Of a DNA stretch of 64,000 bases, positions 44,679-57,116 are shown piece by piece. Position numbers and translations under genes: made by a program. The stretch covers positions 434,001 through 498,000 of the forward strand of contig CP120455.1 of NCBI GenBank assembly GCA_034226945.1, read 5' to 3'. Under the pieces are notes generated by a model that had not been told where the DNA came from, did not search any database, and saw nothing but the letters and a program-made list of their open reading frames with translations. The DNA is from Picochlorum sp. SENEW3. Its lineage: Eukaryota. The first letter of the stretch is position 1. The number at the start of each line of letters is the position of its first letter.

Positions 44679-45725
44679 TCAGGTGAATGTACTACTTCGT
44701 ATCCATCGAGTCGCAATCCACTTTTCCCCCTTTTTGACAGGGCACCCACTATGCTGTGCTCCTGGGACTGGCGTTGCCTGAGCGTCTTCAGGCTTTGCAG
44801 TATCCCCAGGATCAAGCGGTTTATAGTCCCAGAAGAGAATACCGTCTCCAGATTTTGGTGTCACGCCAAGGATTTCCTCCTGATCACAGTACCAGTCTGC
44901 ACCTGACACGCGTTTTGCGCCAGCCATTCTCTTATTGGAAATATCTGCCACTGGAAAGACGGTACGCCCTCCTTCTTCTGGGGCCTGCAGAACCAGGATG
45001 AATGTCGCTATTCGATCCCCGCAAGACACCCCTCCATGGCCTGGACCACATTGTGGCCCACCAGCTCTCTTCAAAAAGTCTTGGCAGGCAGAATCCAGTA
45101 TTCCTCCTTTATGAGACACACAATTATCTTCGTGCGGCTTGTACTGCTGACCCTGCTTGTAATCTAAAACATATATTCCCTCACCAAACTCGTTCGGTAT
45201 GCCCAAGAGGCGATGGATCCTATCCTCCAGCATCTGCATGAAATCATCATGCTTTGGCCAGGACCCGTATGACGTCCGTGCGTCATTCACCTGTTCTGAC
45301 ACATTTGATGACACGACATGCGACCGATGCAAATCACGCTTTGCGAGATTAATCAAATGTGTCCTCTCCTCCGCCGACAGAAACGATGGGAACTGAATCA
45401 ACCTGGGATTGTCCTCACTCACGACGTGTGCATTCGGATGATTGAACGCCGTGTCATACACCTCCCGTGTCAATTTCCACGACCCAGTCCGCTCTTCCAT
45501 CGACGCTGCTTGCAACGGTGCCATGTTCAGGTACTTTGAATGCACAGCATGCTCCTTGTACTCTGGAGAATTCAAACTAGACACTCTGGTATAGATCATA
45601 ACAAGACTTGCTATAATCAATACGACAAGCAGCGCCCATGGCGTGGGATTACGCTGCTTTCTCTTCGCTTCTACATTCCTAAATTTGTGATACTTGATGG
45701 ATGACGCCGTGATTGTCGGCAACAT
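44679..45725 (-). CDS. Prolyl 4-hydroxylase (type II membrane)
   Basis: GQQYKPHED, RIATF, EGGRTVFP, HSGCPVKKGEKWIATRWIR. Confidence 0.92.
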   Translation of the reverse strand: MLPTITASSIKYHKFRNVEAKRKQRNPTPWALLVVLIIASLVMIYTRVSSLNSPEYKEHAVHSKYLNMAPLQAASMEERTGSWKLTREVYDTAFNHPNAHVVSEDNPRLIQFPSFLSAEERTHLINLAKRDLHRSHVVSSNVSEQVNDARTSYGSWPKHDDFMQMLEDRIHRLLGIPNEFGEGIYVLDYKQGQQYKPHEDNCVSHKGGILDSACQDFLKRAGGPQCGPGHGGVSCGDRIATFILVLQAPEEGGRTVFPVADISNKRMAGAKRVSGADWYCDQEEILGVTPKSGDGILFWDYKPLDPGDTAKPEDAQATPVPGAQHSGCPVKKGEKWIATRWIRSSTFT

Positions 45726-45804
45726 GCTGTTGGTCTGCCAATGGAATCGCGAAAAAGGATGCGTTACTTGTAGACAATCATACCATAGATATTTGTGTAT
45801 AAAT

Positions 45805-47159
45805 TTATAATGCACCAAAGAATGGATTATTCAGGGCACTGTCCAGGGATTCTAAAGCACTCTGCAGGGTAGGGAGACACGTGTCGCCTTCATCCATGGT
45901 CATCACCGAGTCATGGAGACGGAACCCAGCGATTTGAAGAAACTCGATGGCCTCTGGAAACTTGCCAACCCGTTTTTGGATTGCTGGATTTTCTAATTTG
46001 ATCGTCCGGAATTTGGGATTGTCGGGTTGCGCAACGACATTGCCAACGAGTTTGTTGAGCGTTTCAAATCCAACTCTGGAATCCTCATGTGCCTTTTTCA
46101 TGGCAACAAGAAGATTTCTCATCGCGTCAGCCTTTTCCCTCGATTTGATTGGGAGTTTTGCTTTGGCCTCTTCTTTCGCCTGCTGTTCCAGTCGGCGGCG
46201 CTCTTCCTCTTTTTCCTCCTCTGTCAGTTCTGGGGGCAAGCCCATGGCTGCCCTTCGCTCCATCCGATCTTGCTCTGCAATACAGGTGTAAAACGAATTG
46301 CCATGGCTGTTTGTTTCTTATTTTCTGCGAAATCAAACCAAAATACATACCTAATTTCTTTTTAATCTTTTCCTTGGCCCGCAGAGCTTCCTCCTTCTCC
46401 CTCTTGCGCTCATCTGCCATCCTCTTCAACCGCTGCTCCTCCTCCTTCCGTGCCATCGCCGCCAACTCCTTCCCACTCCGTATCCTCTCTGCCTCCCTCA
46501 ACTTTTCCATCTCCCTTTCTTCTGCCTCTCGTTTCGCTTTAGCCTTCCGGAGCAACTCGTCTGCCTTGGCCTTGGCCTCTTCTGGCGTCAGCTTTGGTTG
46601 CTCCTTCTTTGCAGGCACCAACAATGGCTCATCAGAATTCTTTGGATCATCCTCATGAGATGATATCCATTCCAATGCCCCCTCCACCCCAGTAGCATCT
46701 GGGGAGAAATATAACGATCGAATGGCCTTGTTCTTTGAAAATCCCATGGCCACCAACTGTTCCACCCACTCCTGATTCACCTCTGGCTCCACCATCATCA
46801 TGTCAGTATCCTCCTCCTCCTCCTGCTCTTGGCGTAGAAGAGACATTTCATTCTCTGTATCCACCCCATCACACGTCTGATCCTCAAAGGTTGCGTGTTG
46901 TGTAAATCTGGTGTGGGATTCTTCCTCGACCGTCGTCCGGCACACTTTGCCGCATTCCACACATTTCCTCACAGTCAGCTTTTCCGCACTCTCCTCGAAA
47001 TTACTATGACCTGTAGCCTCAGCATGAGCCTGCAATGCAACACCCAGGTGTCGGATCATCCCCACGGATGAACATGTTCAATTCAAATACACGCACTTCT
47101 GCCTCTTTGACAGAGGCGAGACTACAATGACAATCTTTACACACTAAACTTCCAGCCAT
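45805..47159 (-). CDS. C2H2-type Zn fingers plus UBA plus PUB domain protein; introns 47030-47096 and 46275-46350
   Basis: MAGSLVCKDC..H..TGHSNFEES, LVAMGFSKNKAIRSL (UBA), GNVVAQPDNPKFRTIKLEN (PUB). Confidence 0.85.
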
Positions 47160-47177
47160 CAAATACAGAAATAATTA

Positions 47178-48264
47178 TTATGACGCCGCGGCGGGGGCGT
47201 GCTTGTCCAACAGATGAGCTATTGGCAGGATGAACTGCTTGTACAGCAATCGCAAGGATGATCCATTCTTGCCTATATTCGACTCTTCCATGTGAAACTG
47301 TCTCGCTATATTGGACCATGATTTGTCTTCAACAGATTTATCATACCCTCCATGATCCCGTACGACCAAGAATAACCGCAGATAATTGATTTCTCTTCTA
47401 TTCACCGTGGGGACGCTAAACTTGCCCACCAAGGCCCAGACTCGATGATTTTCACTCTTCCACGCCCGAACAATCTTCTCTACTAATCTTTCTTTATCTT
47501 CAAGAGACATATCTGCAATTTGGGCACCAACAGAGCTAGCCTTCTTTGCCGCTTTCTGCATTTTCTTCTCCTCCTGCTCCCGCTTCCTATGGGCATCCAA
47601 TCCTGTGAATGCAGACACCTTGCCCTTCTTCACACCCGCGCTCTTCTCCAACACGGGAGGTACACTATTACTTGTTTCTGTCAGTAGTGCCATTTCATAC
47701 AAGCTTTGCTGGCTGTACGCGTTCACATTCACCACATCATATCCATCAACAACCTCTTGATAGCATACTGCCTCTTGAGACATGCCTGCTTGTCCATCAT
47801 TCATGATCGTATCGCTCTCCAACGGCTCCCCCGGTCTCTTCCCAATCGATCTACACACAACAATCATAATGATGATGATGATGGGTAATATTCTATGAAT
47901 GAGATGTTACGAATCGTAAATGCATTCACAGGACGTACATTTTAGCCAAGTGCTTTTCAATCCATTCCACATTCTTCTCCTTCTTCGTCGGCCTTCCAGG
48001 ACGACGCAAGGACTGAGGACCCTCTGACATCTCATATGAACGCCACCGAGGTGGCTTTGGGACTCGCTTCCCCGCACCTCGACCAGCTGCTAACGACCCA
48101 TCGCTGGATGTCCCATCCGCATCACCAGCAATCTCCGCACGGAGTGCATCAGGGACAGCGTTCTTCTTCTTTTTCTTTTTCTTCCCAACAACAACAGTTT
48201 TTGCACTCAAAAGAGTCAGCGCAGCGTCCTTGTCGGCATCAGAAATGGACATTTCCCGGTCCAT
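47178..48264 (-). CDS. ARID/BRIGHT DNA-binding protein; intron 47851-47938
   Basis: INYLRLFLVVRDHGGYDKS...WSNIARQF...SSLRLLYKQFILP; AT-hook-like RPGRP. Confidence 0.82.
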
Positions 48265-48609
48265 GTTGTGTCAAATTGTGCCTTGTGTGTATGCAATCTC
48301 TGCCTGCGCGGAGACCTCTCCTTACAAAGGGTCTATTCTTATTTCTTGTACATCAGTCAATGAAGATGGCATTGATTGCATCGAGACGACCTTGTCTTCA
48401 TTTGTTTTTTCCTTGATTGAAGACTATAAGAAAACGAAATCAGCATGTGGAGCCATCGCATGGCATTGTTCTTCGTTATTATACTCGAATACAATCAGAA
48501 TAAAACTGATACATCTTCTGCATATATTCATGATAGTCTAGTTCATGATGAAGAAGCGGAACATAGTGTCAATGACAACGCAGGACAAGGGACACCAGCA
48601 GCAACCACA

Positions 48610-48915
48610 ATGACACCCTCAGTCTTGCCAGTTGAAGTCTATGGGTTCCTTGGGTGGATCACCTCCTCTACATTCTACGTTGTATTCCTCGTCTGGGCAT
48701 TCACTCCTGATTTCATCCTTCATTGGTATGGGATAACATATTATCCGAGTAAATACTGGGCTATTGCTCTGCCGACATGGTTGTGTGTTACTGTTGTCTG
48801 TGTCCACCTAGCCTACATGTGGTATGTGAATCATGCGGATTTCTTTTTTTAAAATTGGTTTCTTGTGGTATTCAACAGTATTCCTGCTCAAAAGAAATAT
48901 CAAAAAGACACACAA

Positions 48916-48987
<72 letters not shown>

Positions 48988-49287
48988 CATGCTGCTGTGT
49001 TGAAGATGTGGTGGTCTCAAGAGTAATAGTACGACTGTTACATGTGCAGTGTGAATTCAATGCTCGAGTCTCGAATCAAGACTGCCAGAGCAGAACACGA
49101 GGACATACAGATTGGTGGGAATCATCAAGATTCCAACGAATGCTTGTTTTTCAATACATCTTCTGATCAAGGCATCTTGCCTCTTGTTGAACTGCCACCA
49201 GATATTGTGAGAATGGTCATGGAAGAATCATTGCCTCCCCTGGGTACGTGTCAGATTGCACCTTTTTTTGTATACAATAGCGATTGA
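48610..49287 (+). CDS. PIGP: GPI-GlcNAc transferase subunit P; intron 48822-49049; start uncertain
   Basis: EVYGFLGWI...FLVWAFTPD..LHWYGITYYPSKYWAIALP. Confidence 0.85.
48916..48985. repeat. Compound (CA)n(TA)n(GA)n microsatellite in the PIG-P intron
   Basis: Direct reading. Confidence 0.95.
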
Positions 49288-49523
49288 TTGCTGCTGCTGA
49301 TGGTGGTGCATGGATGTGTAGAAGCTGAGAAGAAGTATCATCTTGAGAAGAAGAAGAAATTATAGGACAGTCGTGAGCAGAATGAATTGAATTGAATTGA
49401 ATTGTTTTATGCGCGTCTTTTCTTTTTTGTCTCCCTCTCTCCATATATATATGATATATCATTCATGAGTTCTATTCCTGAGTGAAGAAAAAACAAAAAC
49501 AAAAGAGAGCTGAAAGAAATCAT

Positions 49524-50792
49524 ATGCAATTCTCCCCTTTGAAAGCGCACGCGTCTCTACTGTACCCGTACGTCTGATTATTATTAACATTTGCATGGCA
49601 TGGATGGTCTATAATGCAAGAATGGCGTTTGTGATGCAGTCGTGATACTCAAATTGAAGAACTTGGTCGCGTGTTTTACATTTCCTCTCGTCTTATCGCG
49701 AATGATATAGAGACGATTGAAATTCCATTTGAAACGAACATATATTCGAGACGAGAAGGGAGTATTATCGTCAGATTGTTGCCCTCGTTTCCTAGAAGAA
49801 GACCCGACGTGTTTGTTCTGTCCTCTTCTTCTGCCGAGAGAACAACAAGTAGTCCCAGAGAGAGGCGAGGAAGACAAAGGATAGCTGACGACGACAACAA
49901 AGAAGAAGAGCGTATAGAGTTTGCGTGGGGGGAGCCTCATATACGATTGGTGACTGTTGTGTCTGATATTTGGGCTTCTCTTGGGTGTGTGGAGTCTCCC
50001 AGAAAAAAGGCATTTCGACAGCGTGAAGAAGAGAATAGAGCATTGAATACTAGGCTCGAGTTGCACTCTGTTAGAAACAGTATGGATCGGTTGGGATTTG
50101 CGTTTTATGGACAGAGTGGGACGTCTACAGAAAGGGAACAGGGTGGATCTCGAATAGTGAGTCCTGTGCGGCGAGCACAGGGAGAGGATTCCCTGGGTCT
50201 TGGTGGGCTCGCGTTGGATGATGATGATGATGATGGTAAAGATCCTGCACTGCGTGAAACAGATTCTCCTGGTGTTCCAGAAATACCGTTTGACCGAGTG
50301 GATTCGTTTGTTCGGTCCATGAGTAAGGATGCTGTTGTGGCTGCTTTGTCCAGTCGGGCCGAGTTTGACCGTATTCTGGGAGATGGCCTGGGAGAGTTCG
50401 GTCGAGCGGAAGAGAAACGACAGCGCGTGATAGATATAGCAAGGAAGAATACCGATTTGGCCGCCGAAGTGAAAACGCTCAAGCAGCAGGTGGCGATTCA
50501 GCGGTCAGAGTATGATGAAAAGATGGCAGAGTTTCGGAGAAAGCATGCAAGGCAGGAGAATGCACGGGCAGGGTTTGGTCCCGAGTCGTTGATACAACAG
50601 CTTTGCATGTCGATAGATGAGTCAAATAGAAGAGTATCGTTGCTTGTGGAACGATGGAAGCGGCGTGAGATTAGTAATGATGTGTTTGTGAGAGAGTACA
50701 TTGAACACAAGTCTGTCAGCCATGCTCGTGCCATGAAATATCAATGGGCGAAAGAGAGTATTCCAATTCCAATCCAATCAAACATGCATTAA
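49524..50792 (+). CDS. ESCRT-I subunit VPS37-like; intron 49568-49639
   Basis: UEV-like LPSFPRRRP N-terminus; Mod(r)-like C-terminus ARKN..LA...FVREYIEHKSVSHAR. Confidence 0.7.
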
Positions 50793-50816
50793 TAATAATA
50801 ATACCGTAACAATGAA

Positions 50817-51647
50817 TCAATCAAGGGGATATCCTTTGTAGCGCCATTCTGAGAGTCCTCCTTCCAAATGCACAACATTTTTATATCCGGCACGGAGCAG
50901 TTCATAGCATGCTTTCAAGGATCTCGATTCCCGTCCAAACGATCGATCTTTATCCGTCTTTGTCAATTTCCCAGTCGATGCAACCTTGATCACTGTATCC
51001 AGAGTTCCCCCAATATTGCACATGACAATAATCTTTCTACGCTTGTTGTTCTTCACAAGTGCATTCACATTCTCAATAAAATCAGGATCTCTCTCAGTCG
51101 CCTTCATATTCAATCCCGCCATAACCACTCGCTTCACATTATCCCAACTAGAATTTCCAGCAGTGATTCTAAACAGGGGAACATTCTCTGCCCCCTGTGC
51201 ATGCTGATTTTCAAAATCCATTGCCAAGCGGACATCCAAAAGAAGAGCACCTTTTTTCATTTCTGCGAGAGCTTGATCCTGATTGATTGACTTCAACTTT
51301 TTCCTCGCCAAATATGTATACATCACTGGCCAGACAGTATACGGCATGCCACTCTTGGGCGTCACAACCAACATGGATCGATCAATCTTTTTGTTAGGTG
51401 CTCTAACCCATCGCTGCATAGATGGATCAAAGACAAACCCTTGCATCATCTTTTCCAACTCCTCATCTTCATCTTCCTTTTGACCTCCAAACAAGAATGC
51501 TTTGGTAGGAGGAATATGTCTCATCGTCGTGTGTTGCCTGATTGTATGACGATGGTGGTGCAGCTGAGCAGCAGGACCACCACCACCACCACCCAGTGGC
51601 TTTGATGTGAGGGTGGTGGCAGAACGTCCTAGAGTCAAGGGCATCAT
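50817..51647 (-). CDS. Chloroplast rhodanese-like domain protein
   Basis: LLDVRL..FENQHAQGAENVP, IVMCNIGG, HLEGGLSEW. Confidence 0.88.
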   Translation of the reverse strand: MMPLTLGRSATTLTSKPLGGGGGGPAAQLHHHRHTIRQHTTMRHIPPTKAFLFGGQKEDEDEELEKMMQGFVFDPSMQRWVRAPNKKIDRSMLVVTPKSGMPYTVWPVMYTYLARKKLKSINQDQALAEMKKGALLLDVRLAMDFENQHAQGAENVPLFRITAGNSSWDNVKRVVMAGLNMKATERDPDFIENVNALVKNNKRRKIIVMCNIGGTLDTVIKVASTGKLTKTDKDRSFGRESRSLKACYELLRAGYKNVVHLEGGLSEWRYKGYPLD

Positions 51648-51890
51648 GAATATTATTGTAAATAAAAATTACCCTTATACAACAGAAAGGATGAGAGACT
51701 CGCTTTTTGGGATAGTATCTCTCTAGGTTTTAGATTCGAATCCACTCTGACACGCTAATCTTCCTTCTTCTTAATTTTCAACGTGGATATATATATAACA
51801 CGCGTGTTTTTGAATTCTGAATGATTGGGCCGAGGCTTGTGCGACTCAAGAGAATTGAGAGAAAATTAAAACACCCGATGCCATCTGGAT

Positions 51891-51928
51891 AGATCTCTCT
51901 AGATCTCTAGAGATCTCAATTGAGATCT
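51891..51928. promoter_or_regulatory. Four AGATCT palindromes in a divergent promoter
   Basis: AGATCT at 51891, 51901, 51911 and 51923. Confidence 0.5.
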
Positions 51929-52032
51929 TTAAAGACTCGGGGCGTGGAATCCATTTCAAGTAGGTGTCGAGCACCCTTGTAGCGAGGCAATTTTAATTAC
52001 GCATTGTTAAAAAAATTAAAGATTCCGTCGAT

Positions 52033-53751
52033 ATGGATGTACATCGACAATCAATTCGGCATGTGTCGATGGCCCACCTGTCGAACGAACGGTCAATATG
52101 CAGTTTTCCCTTCTCAAAGAGTCCTATAGTAGCTCGGAAATATGTCAGAGATACTGATCGAGTGTTTCATAATGAGATGTGCATGAGCGATCGACGTGAG
52201 ATTGCTTGGAAAGGCAAGTCTGTGCTGGCTGTACAGAGTGTCAGTGGCTGTCGCAGTCATGATGATGGTGAACCTGAGTCGTCTTTTGATTCTCTGGATG
52301 TATTGCATAGCGTAACGGATGAGAGTGGGACTCAACGCCAGAAGAGTGCGGCAGTTGGGTGGGTTGCGTTGGTCGTCTCTCTAGGCACAGTTGGGGTCCC
52401 AGCTGCAAGGGGCAACGAATGGTATCCGAGACGTCATAGCCGTAGGATGAAATCTCAAAGTAGTCTTGATGCCCTTTTGTTGAAGAATGATCGAAGAAAG
52501 AAGAGACAGAGAGAGCGGGAGAAGAAACTGGCACAGCAAAAGGAAGAGGAGGAGTTGCGATTGAAGATCAATGAGGCTCGGTCTGAAGATGCTCTTGTTG
52601 CACATGTGAAAAAGGCCATGTCAAATGTATTTGGAGGAAATCAAGGTCATAAAAGGGCAGTGCATTCTGTTGGCGTGTCTGCAAGACCTCCCCCTTCGGC
52701 GTATTATGGACATGCTATTCGCCAGAGGGATTCTCCAGTGTCTGGTGGTATGCTGCTGGTATGGGGTATGGTGGGACTTGGTACTTTTGTCGTGTTAAAA
52801 AATAAGTTTGGATGGACGTTTCCGTTTGGTGGAATGCGACAGGGGACCCAGAAGAGTGGGAGATGGGTTCGTGATAGATCACTTGGAGGGAAAATGGTGT
52901 TTATTGAGGACTCGCCTTCGTCGTCGCGAAGAAATCAGCCTCGGCCGTTGTGGGAAGATTTGCCTGGTGATGAGGATGATATCACGGTTGGTGCGCTTCC
53001 TAGGTATGGTTCGGATGATGTAGCTGAAGAACAGCAGCAGAGTGTAAAAAAAACACCCCTATGGTATGCCCCTCCATCTGGTGCGACATATGTGAGTGCG
53101 AGTAGAAGAGAAGAATTACAGAAACAAGCAAATTCGTTGGTGAGACAGTTACAGAATCAGAAAATTGAGTCTGGATTGGATTATTCACTCTCAGAGCTTG
53201 TATCGTTGCGGTTGACGTGTCATAAAGGTGGTGGTCTCACGGTGACGCCATCTACCCAGAGTGGACGGGATTCTATGTTGCGTATGGCAGTGAAACAATC
53301 TTTGTCGAACCCTAGTTCCTCGTTGGGAGGGTACGAGCCCGCGAGATTTGTGAGTGGTATTGCGAGTGATCTAGGAGTGCCGCAGGAGAGGGCAATAACC
53401 ATTGTGCATGCGGAAATTGCGTCCTTGTGTAGAAATGCGTTAATTGACGCAGAAGCGGCATTTAGGTCTCAAGATGAGCCTCTCGTATCTAGGTCGTTGT
53501 CAAAGGTGATTCATGCACTGCAGAATTTCCCCATTCCAGTGGGTTCCGCAGAAATGGATCTGGTTGGAAGATCTGTGATGCAGTCGACATCGCTTGAATT
53601 CAGGAAGGCAGTCTTCTTTTCGGCAGGGTCAATAGACATGTCCATTGCGCCAATCATTGCAGAGGCTGTAGGGTTTGATCCAGACTTGGTCATGCCCCAG
53701 CTGTTGGTGGAGATGCAGAGCAGACAACAGGCTCAAAAGGGTGAGGAATGA
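52033..53751 (+). CDS. Hypothetical plastid membrane protein
   Basis: 572-aa ORF, transit-like N-terminus, two hydrophobic segments. Confidence 0.75.
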   Translation: MDVHRQSIRHVSMAHLSNERSICSFPFSKSPIVARKYVRDTDRVFHNEMCMSDRREIAWKGKSVLAVQSVSGCRSHDDGEPESSFDSLDVLHSVTDESGTQRQKSAAVGWVALVVSLGTVGVPAARGNEWYPRRHSRRMKSQSSLDALLLKNDRRKKRQREREKKLAQQKEEEELRLKINEARSEDALVAHVKKAMSNVFGGNQGHKRAVHSVGVSARPPPSAYYGHAIRQRDSPVSGGMLLVWGMVGLGTFVVLKNKFGWTFPFGGMRQGTQKSGRWVRDRSLGGKMVFIEDSPSSSRRNQPRPLWEDLPGDEDDITVGALPRYGSDDVAEEQQQSVKKTPLWYAPPSGATYVSASRREELQKQANSLVRQLQNQKIESGLDYSLSELVSLRLTCHKGGGLTVTPSTQSGRDSMLRMAVKQSLSNPSSSLGGYEPARFVSGIASDLGVPQERAITIVHAEIASLCRNALIDAEAAFRSQDEPLVSRSLSKVIHALQNFPIPVGSAEMDLVGRSVMQSTSLEFRKAVFFSAGSIDMSIAPIIAEAVGFDPDLVMPQLLVEMQSRQQAQKGEE

Positions 53752-53767
53752 TTCTTCTTACACGGGT

Positions 53768-56761
53768 TCAGGGCATTTTATTTTGAATTTGACGATGTAA
53801 GAAACACAAATACTCAACATACGACATTCCTGATAACAAATGTCTATCTTCAACGAGGGCAGTTTGGAACAACGTTTCATGGGGGTGGCCTTTGGCAACA
53901 AACCTCATATGCATGTAACTCCGTCGCAATCTTCTCATATTTGCAATCATACGTCTCGTCAGATCTGATACAGGATTATTCTGGTTCGGGAAGTCTGCAA
54001 AGCTGGATGCATCAATGGCCTCGAGAGATGATGTACCGAGGACTGCTTCCATGGTGTTTGGAGCCACATCCCGGCCTACCAATACAAAGAGATCGAATCC
54101 ATTCTCGAGAACGTAGATGCTATCTAAGGAAAGCTTTTCAGCAGAAAGAGGTAGGCGCTCAGGCATCGGGACGTCATTCTCGCCGGCAAGTTCCACTGGC
54201 ACTCTTACAAATCGTGGGTGGACAGCTGGGAGCAGGCGGTCAATTGGCAGTGATAACAATCTCGACATCCACACTGCCCGTGCATCCGCTCGAGAATCTG
54301 TTCTAAAACATGGTAATTTCATCAAACCCAAACAAAAGAGCGGGAGAAGCTTCAATGATTCAGGCAAGATGAGCTGCCCTGACGATGAAGATGACGCACA
54401 CTGCACAAGTATCATCAATCAGTCACTGGATGAGGCAAATTATGGCAATGCACAATAACATACATGTTTTCTATACGCTAAAAGAGTTCCTATGGCAGAC
54501 TTGTGAATGATGTCTTTGCTAAACGAAAGGCTCTTCCCTGGAATTCCCATTGACACTTTCCGAGCAAGGTAACTCAAATAAACCTCCAAATCCGCACCCC
54601 GGAAAACAGAGCCAAGCGATCGAGTCACAGGCAGAGCCAACGAGTGTACTCTGACTCTTCGCTGTCCAGAAGTCGTGGAATACAATACTGCAAACTGGAA
54701 ATATGCTTGTGAACCTTCTTTTAGACGCTCTTCATGCACAATCTTCACGCAGAGAGCTGAATCAGATGTAATGGCTGGAAACTGAAGATCTGTTTGACCA
54801 GCCCTATGGAACGAACCCAATGTCTCATCCACTGCCAAGCCTGAAGAAACACGCATCCTTCCAACCGCCTCAAAGCCTATTGGGCGAGTTAAATTCCATC
54901 GGAGATCGTCAAAGAACCTGGCCGAGTCTGCAATGCACGAGAATGGACTATACCGGTATACGCTTCCGCTTGTCCCTGATGATAACAGCGAAATAGTGGC
55001 AAGATCGATGTACGACTTTGACAATGCAAACACGTCAATAGAAATCTGATGCTGCGCAGCTTGCTTTGCAATATCTGAATACTGCTTTCCATTCCCAACA
55101 GGAGTCATGATATCCAAAGCATCCTTCTCAGATGGAGGCTTTCCCGCCTCTCGAGGTCTCAGTGACAATGCACCTTTGTGTGGCAGGGAGCAGATGAAAG
55201 ACAGCAGCTTGCCACCTCCAACGACACGCAGTGCATCAATGCATGACTGGATTGCTGCCCCTCCAGCACTCTCTGCGGTCTTGGTGTCTTTATAAAGCTC
55301 TGGTATCCGGGCCAGCAATTGCTTCAGTTTGTTTGAATGTCCTTCCAAAGGTACAAAGGCATTAGCACCAAGAGGACAAAATGGATCCTGGACATCACCC
55401 ATCACAAACATTTTGGGATCCTCGCTCGCCGAGAGTAAATCATAAAATTGGACGGACGAGTCAAATGTCACAATTGCAATCCTAGCCCGTTCTTTGCCGG
55501 CGACAGAATCTATCAGCGACGACAGGGCAGAGCACACAGTTCCTGTAACACCTGTGGCCACAGAATCCAGCGTACAGTCAATCAAAAAGACATACGTAGG
55601 AAGCATGGGCTCTCTAATCTGGTACTTTCCACTCACTATATGTTCCACAGTACCGAATGAGAATTCTGGTTTGACATCTCCATCAACCCGTCTACCATTC
55701 ATTCCTACTTGACCAACATGCTCTGATGGAACTTGCGTCTGTGACCCACAGAAACAGCACGTCATCGTTGTACCATTTGAACTAAATTTCATGAAAGGAC
55801 ACGCATATGCATTGCAATTTGAGCATCGAAAGGGCCCATCTGATGTGCTGTCTATCAAGGGGATTGCAGAATCCCCTTTTCCTTGTAATGCAAGAGGCTG
55901 AACAGCAACAACAAACGGCACAGAAGATGACTTGACTAGATCATTCCCTTGAGGAACTGAGTTCATTGAGCTTCTCATGAACCGTGGCCCAGCATTGCCA
56001 GTATCCCGTACGGCAATGGGCACCTCTGTACTGGGAGGAACACTATGCATCCCATCCTTCATGGTCTCAAACACTTGCGTCGGCAATATCTTACTCGGTG
56101 GTCGAGGCATTTGATTCGGATCTATGCTTTTACTCTGCTGTGTAGGTGCTGGCTTACTGGGAGATGTCACTGAAAATGGAGGAGGGGCAATCATGCTGTT
56201 CATACTTGGCTGTGCTGTATTTCCAGTTGCTGGTGGTGGTTGAAACTGTGCTGCATTCCCAGTTGGCGGTGGTGGTTGAACCTGTGCTGAACTGCCAACT
56301 GGCGGAGCTGGCTGTGGTCGAAACGCATTTCCCATTGGTGGAGGAGCCTGCATGGTACTGCCCATTCCTGTAGTAGTAGTAGGAGGAGGAGGAGGAGGAC
56401 CCTGTGCCGGCATTGTATTTCCCACTGCTGATACTGCACTCTGCCCAAATTGTGGCGCTGACTGTCCTTGCCTCCCAGGATGAATACCCCCATACCCCTG
56501 CGGTCCCACTGCACTGCCTCCAAACCTATTCCCTGGACCCTGAGCACTCTGCCCTGGATTCACGTGGGCACCACCATTCTGCTGCACAGGAACTCCACCA
56601 AACGGAGGCGGTCCAACCCTTGTCTTGATTGGAGGCAGCCCATGCTGCTCCTGACCGCCTCCGCCAGGAGTCACACCAGCACCAGGTGGTCCTGCAAACT
56701 GTTGCTGCTGATAAGGAGCCGCAGGCTGCCCTCCGCTATGCATATATCCTTGTTGAGTCAT
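53768..56761 (-). CDS. SEC24: COPII coat subunit Sec24-like; intron 54401-54463
   Basis: P/Q/G-rich N-terminus, RCSNC..CCFC Zn finger, trunk FLID, GQRRVRVH, GQLILPESLKLLPL, YVEYLCFLHRQI. Confidence 0.94.
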
Positions 56762-57116
56762 TCAAACATAAGAAAAACCGATGAACCACGCCGTAAAACG
56801 AGTTCGCGTGTCAACGAGTCAACGAACAATGAAATCAACTACCGCAGAGTCCGTTGGTACGCAGAATTCTGCGAGCATACCAGGTCCAGAATTGGGTACT
56901 CTGTACTACAAGAGCAATATGAACCAAATAAATGTACTCAATCAGGAGGCACCCATGCTCATGACATGTAAGACCAGCGTCCCATAATATATCTATTTAC
57001 GGACATTTCCCCGCGGTCGGTGAAATCGCCTCATACAGTCTTGTAACCATCACTCTGTTCCATAAAAATTACGTAGTATATGCATCTATTGTTTTCTCTG
57101 TAAAGAAATCAACAGA

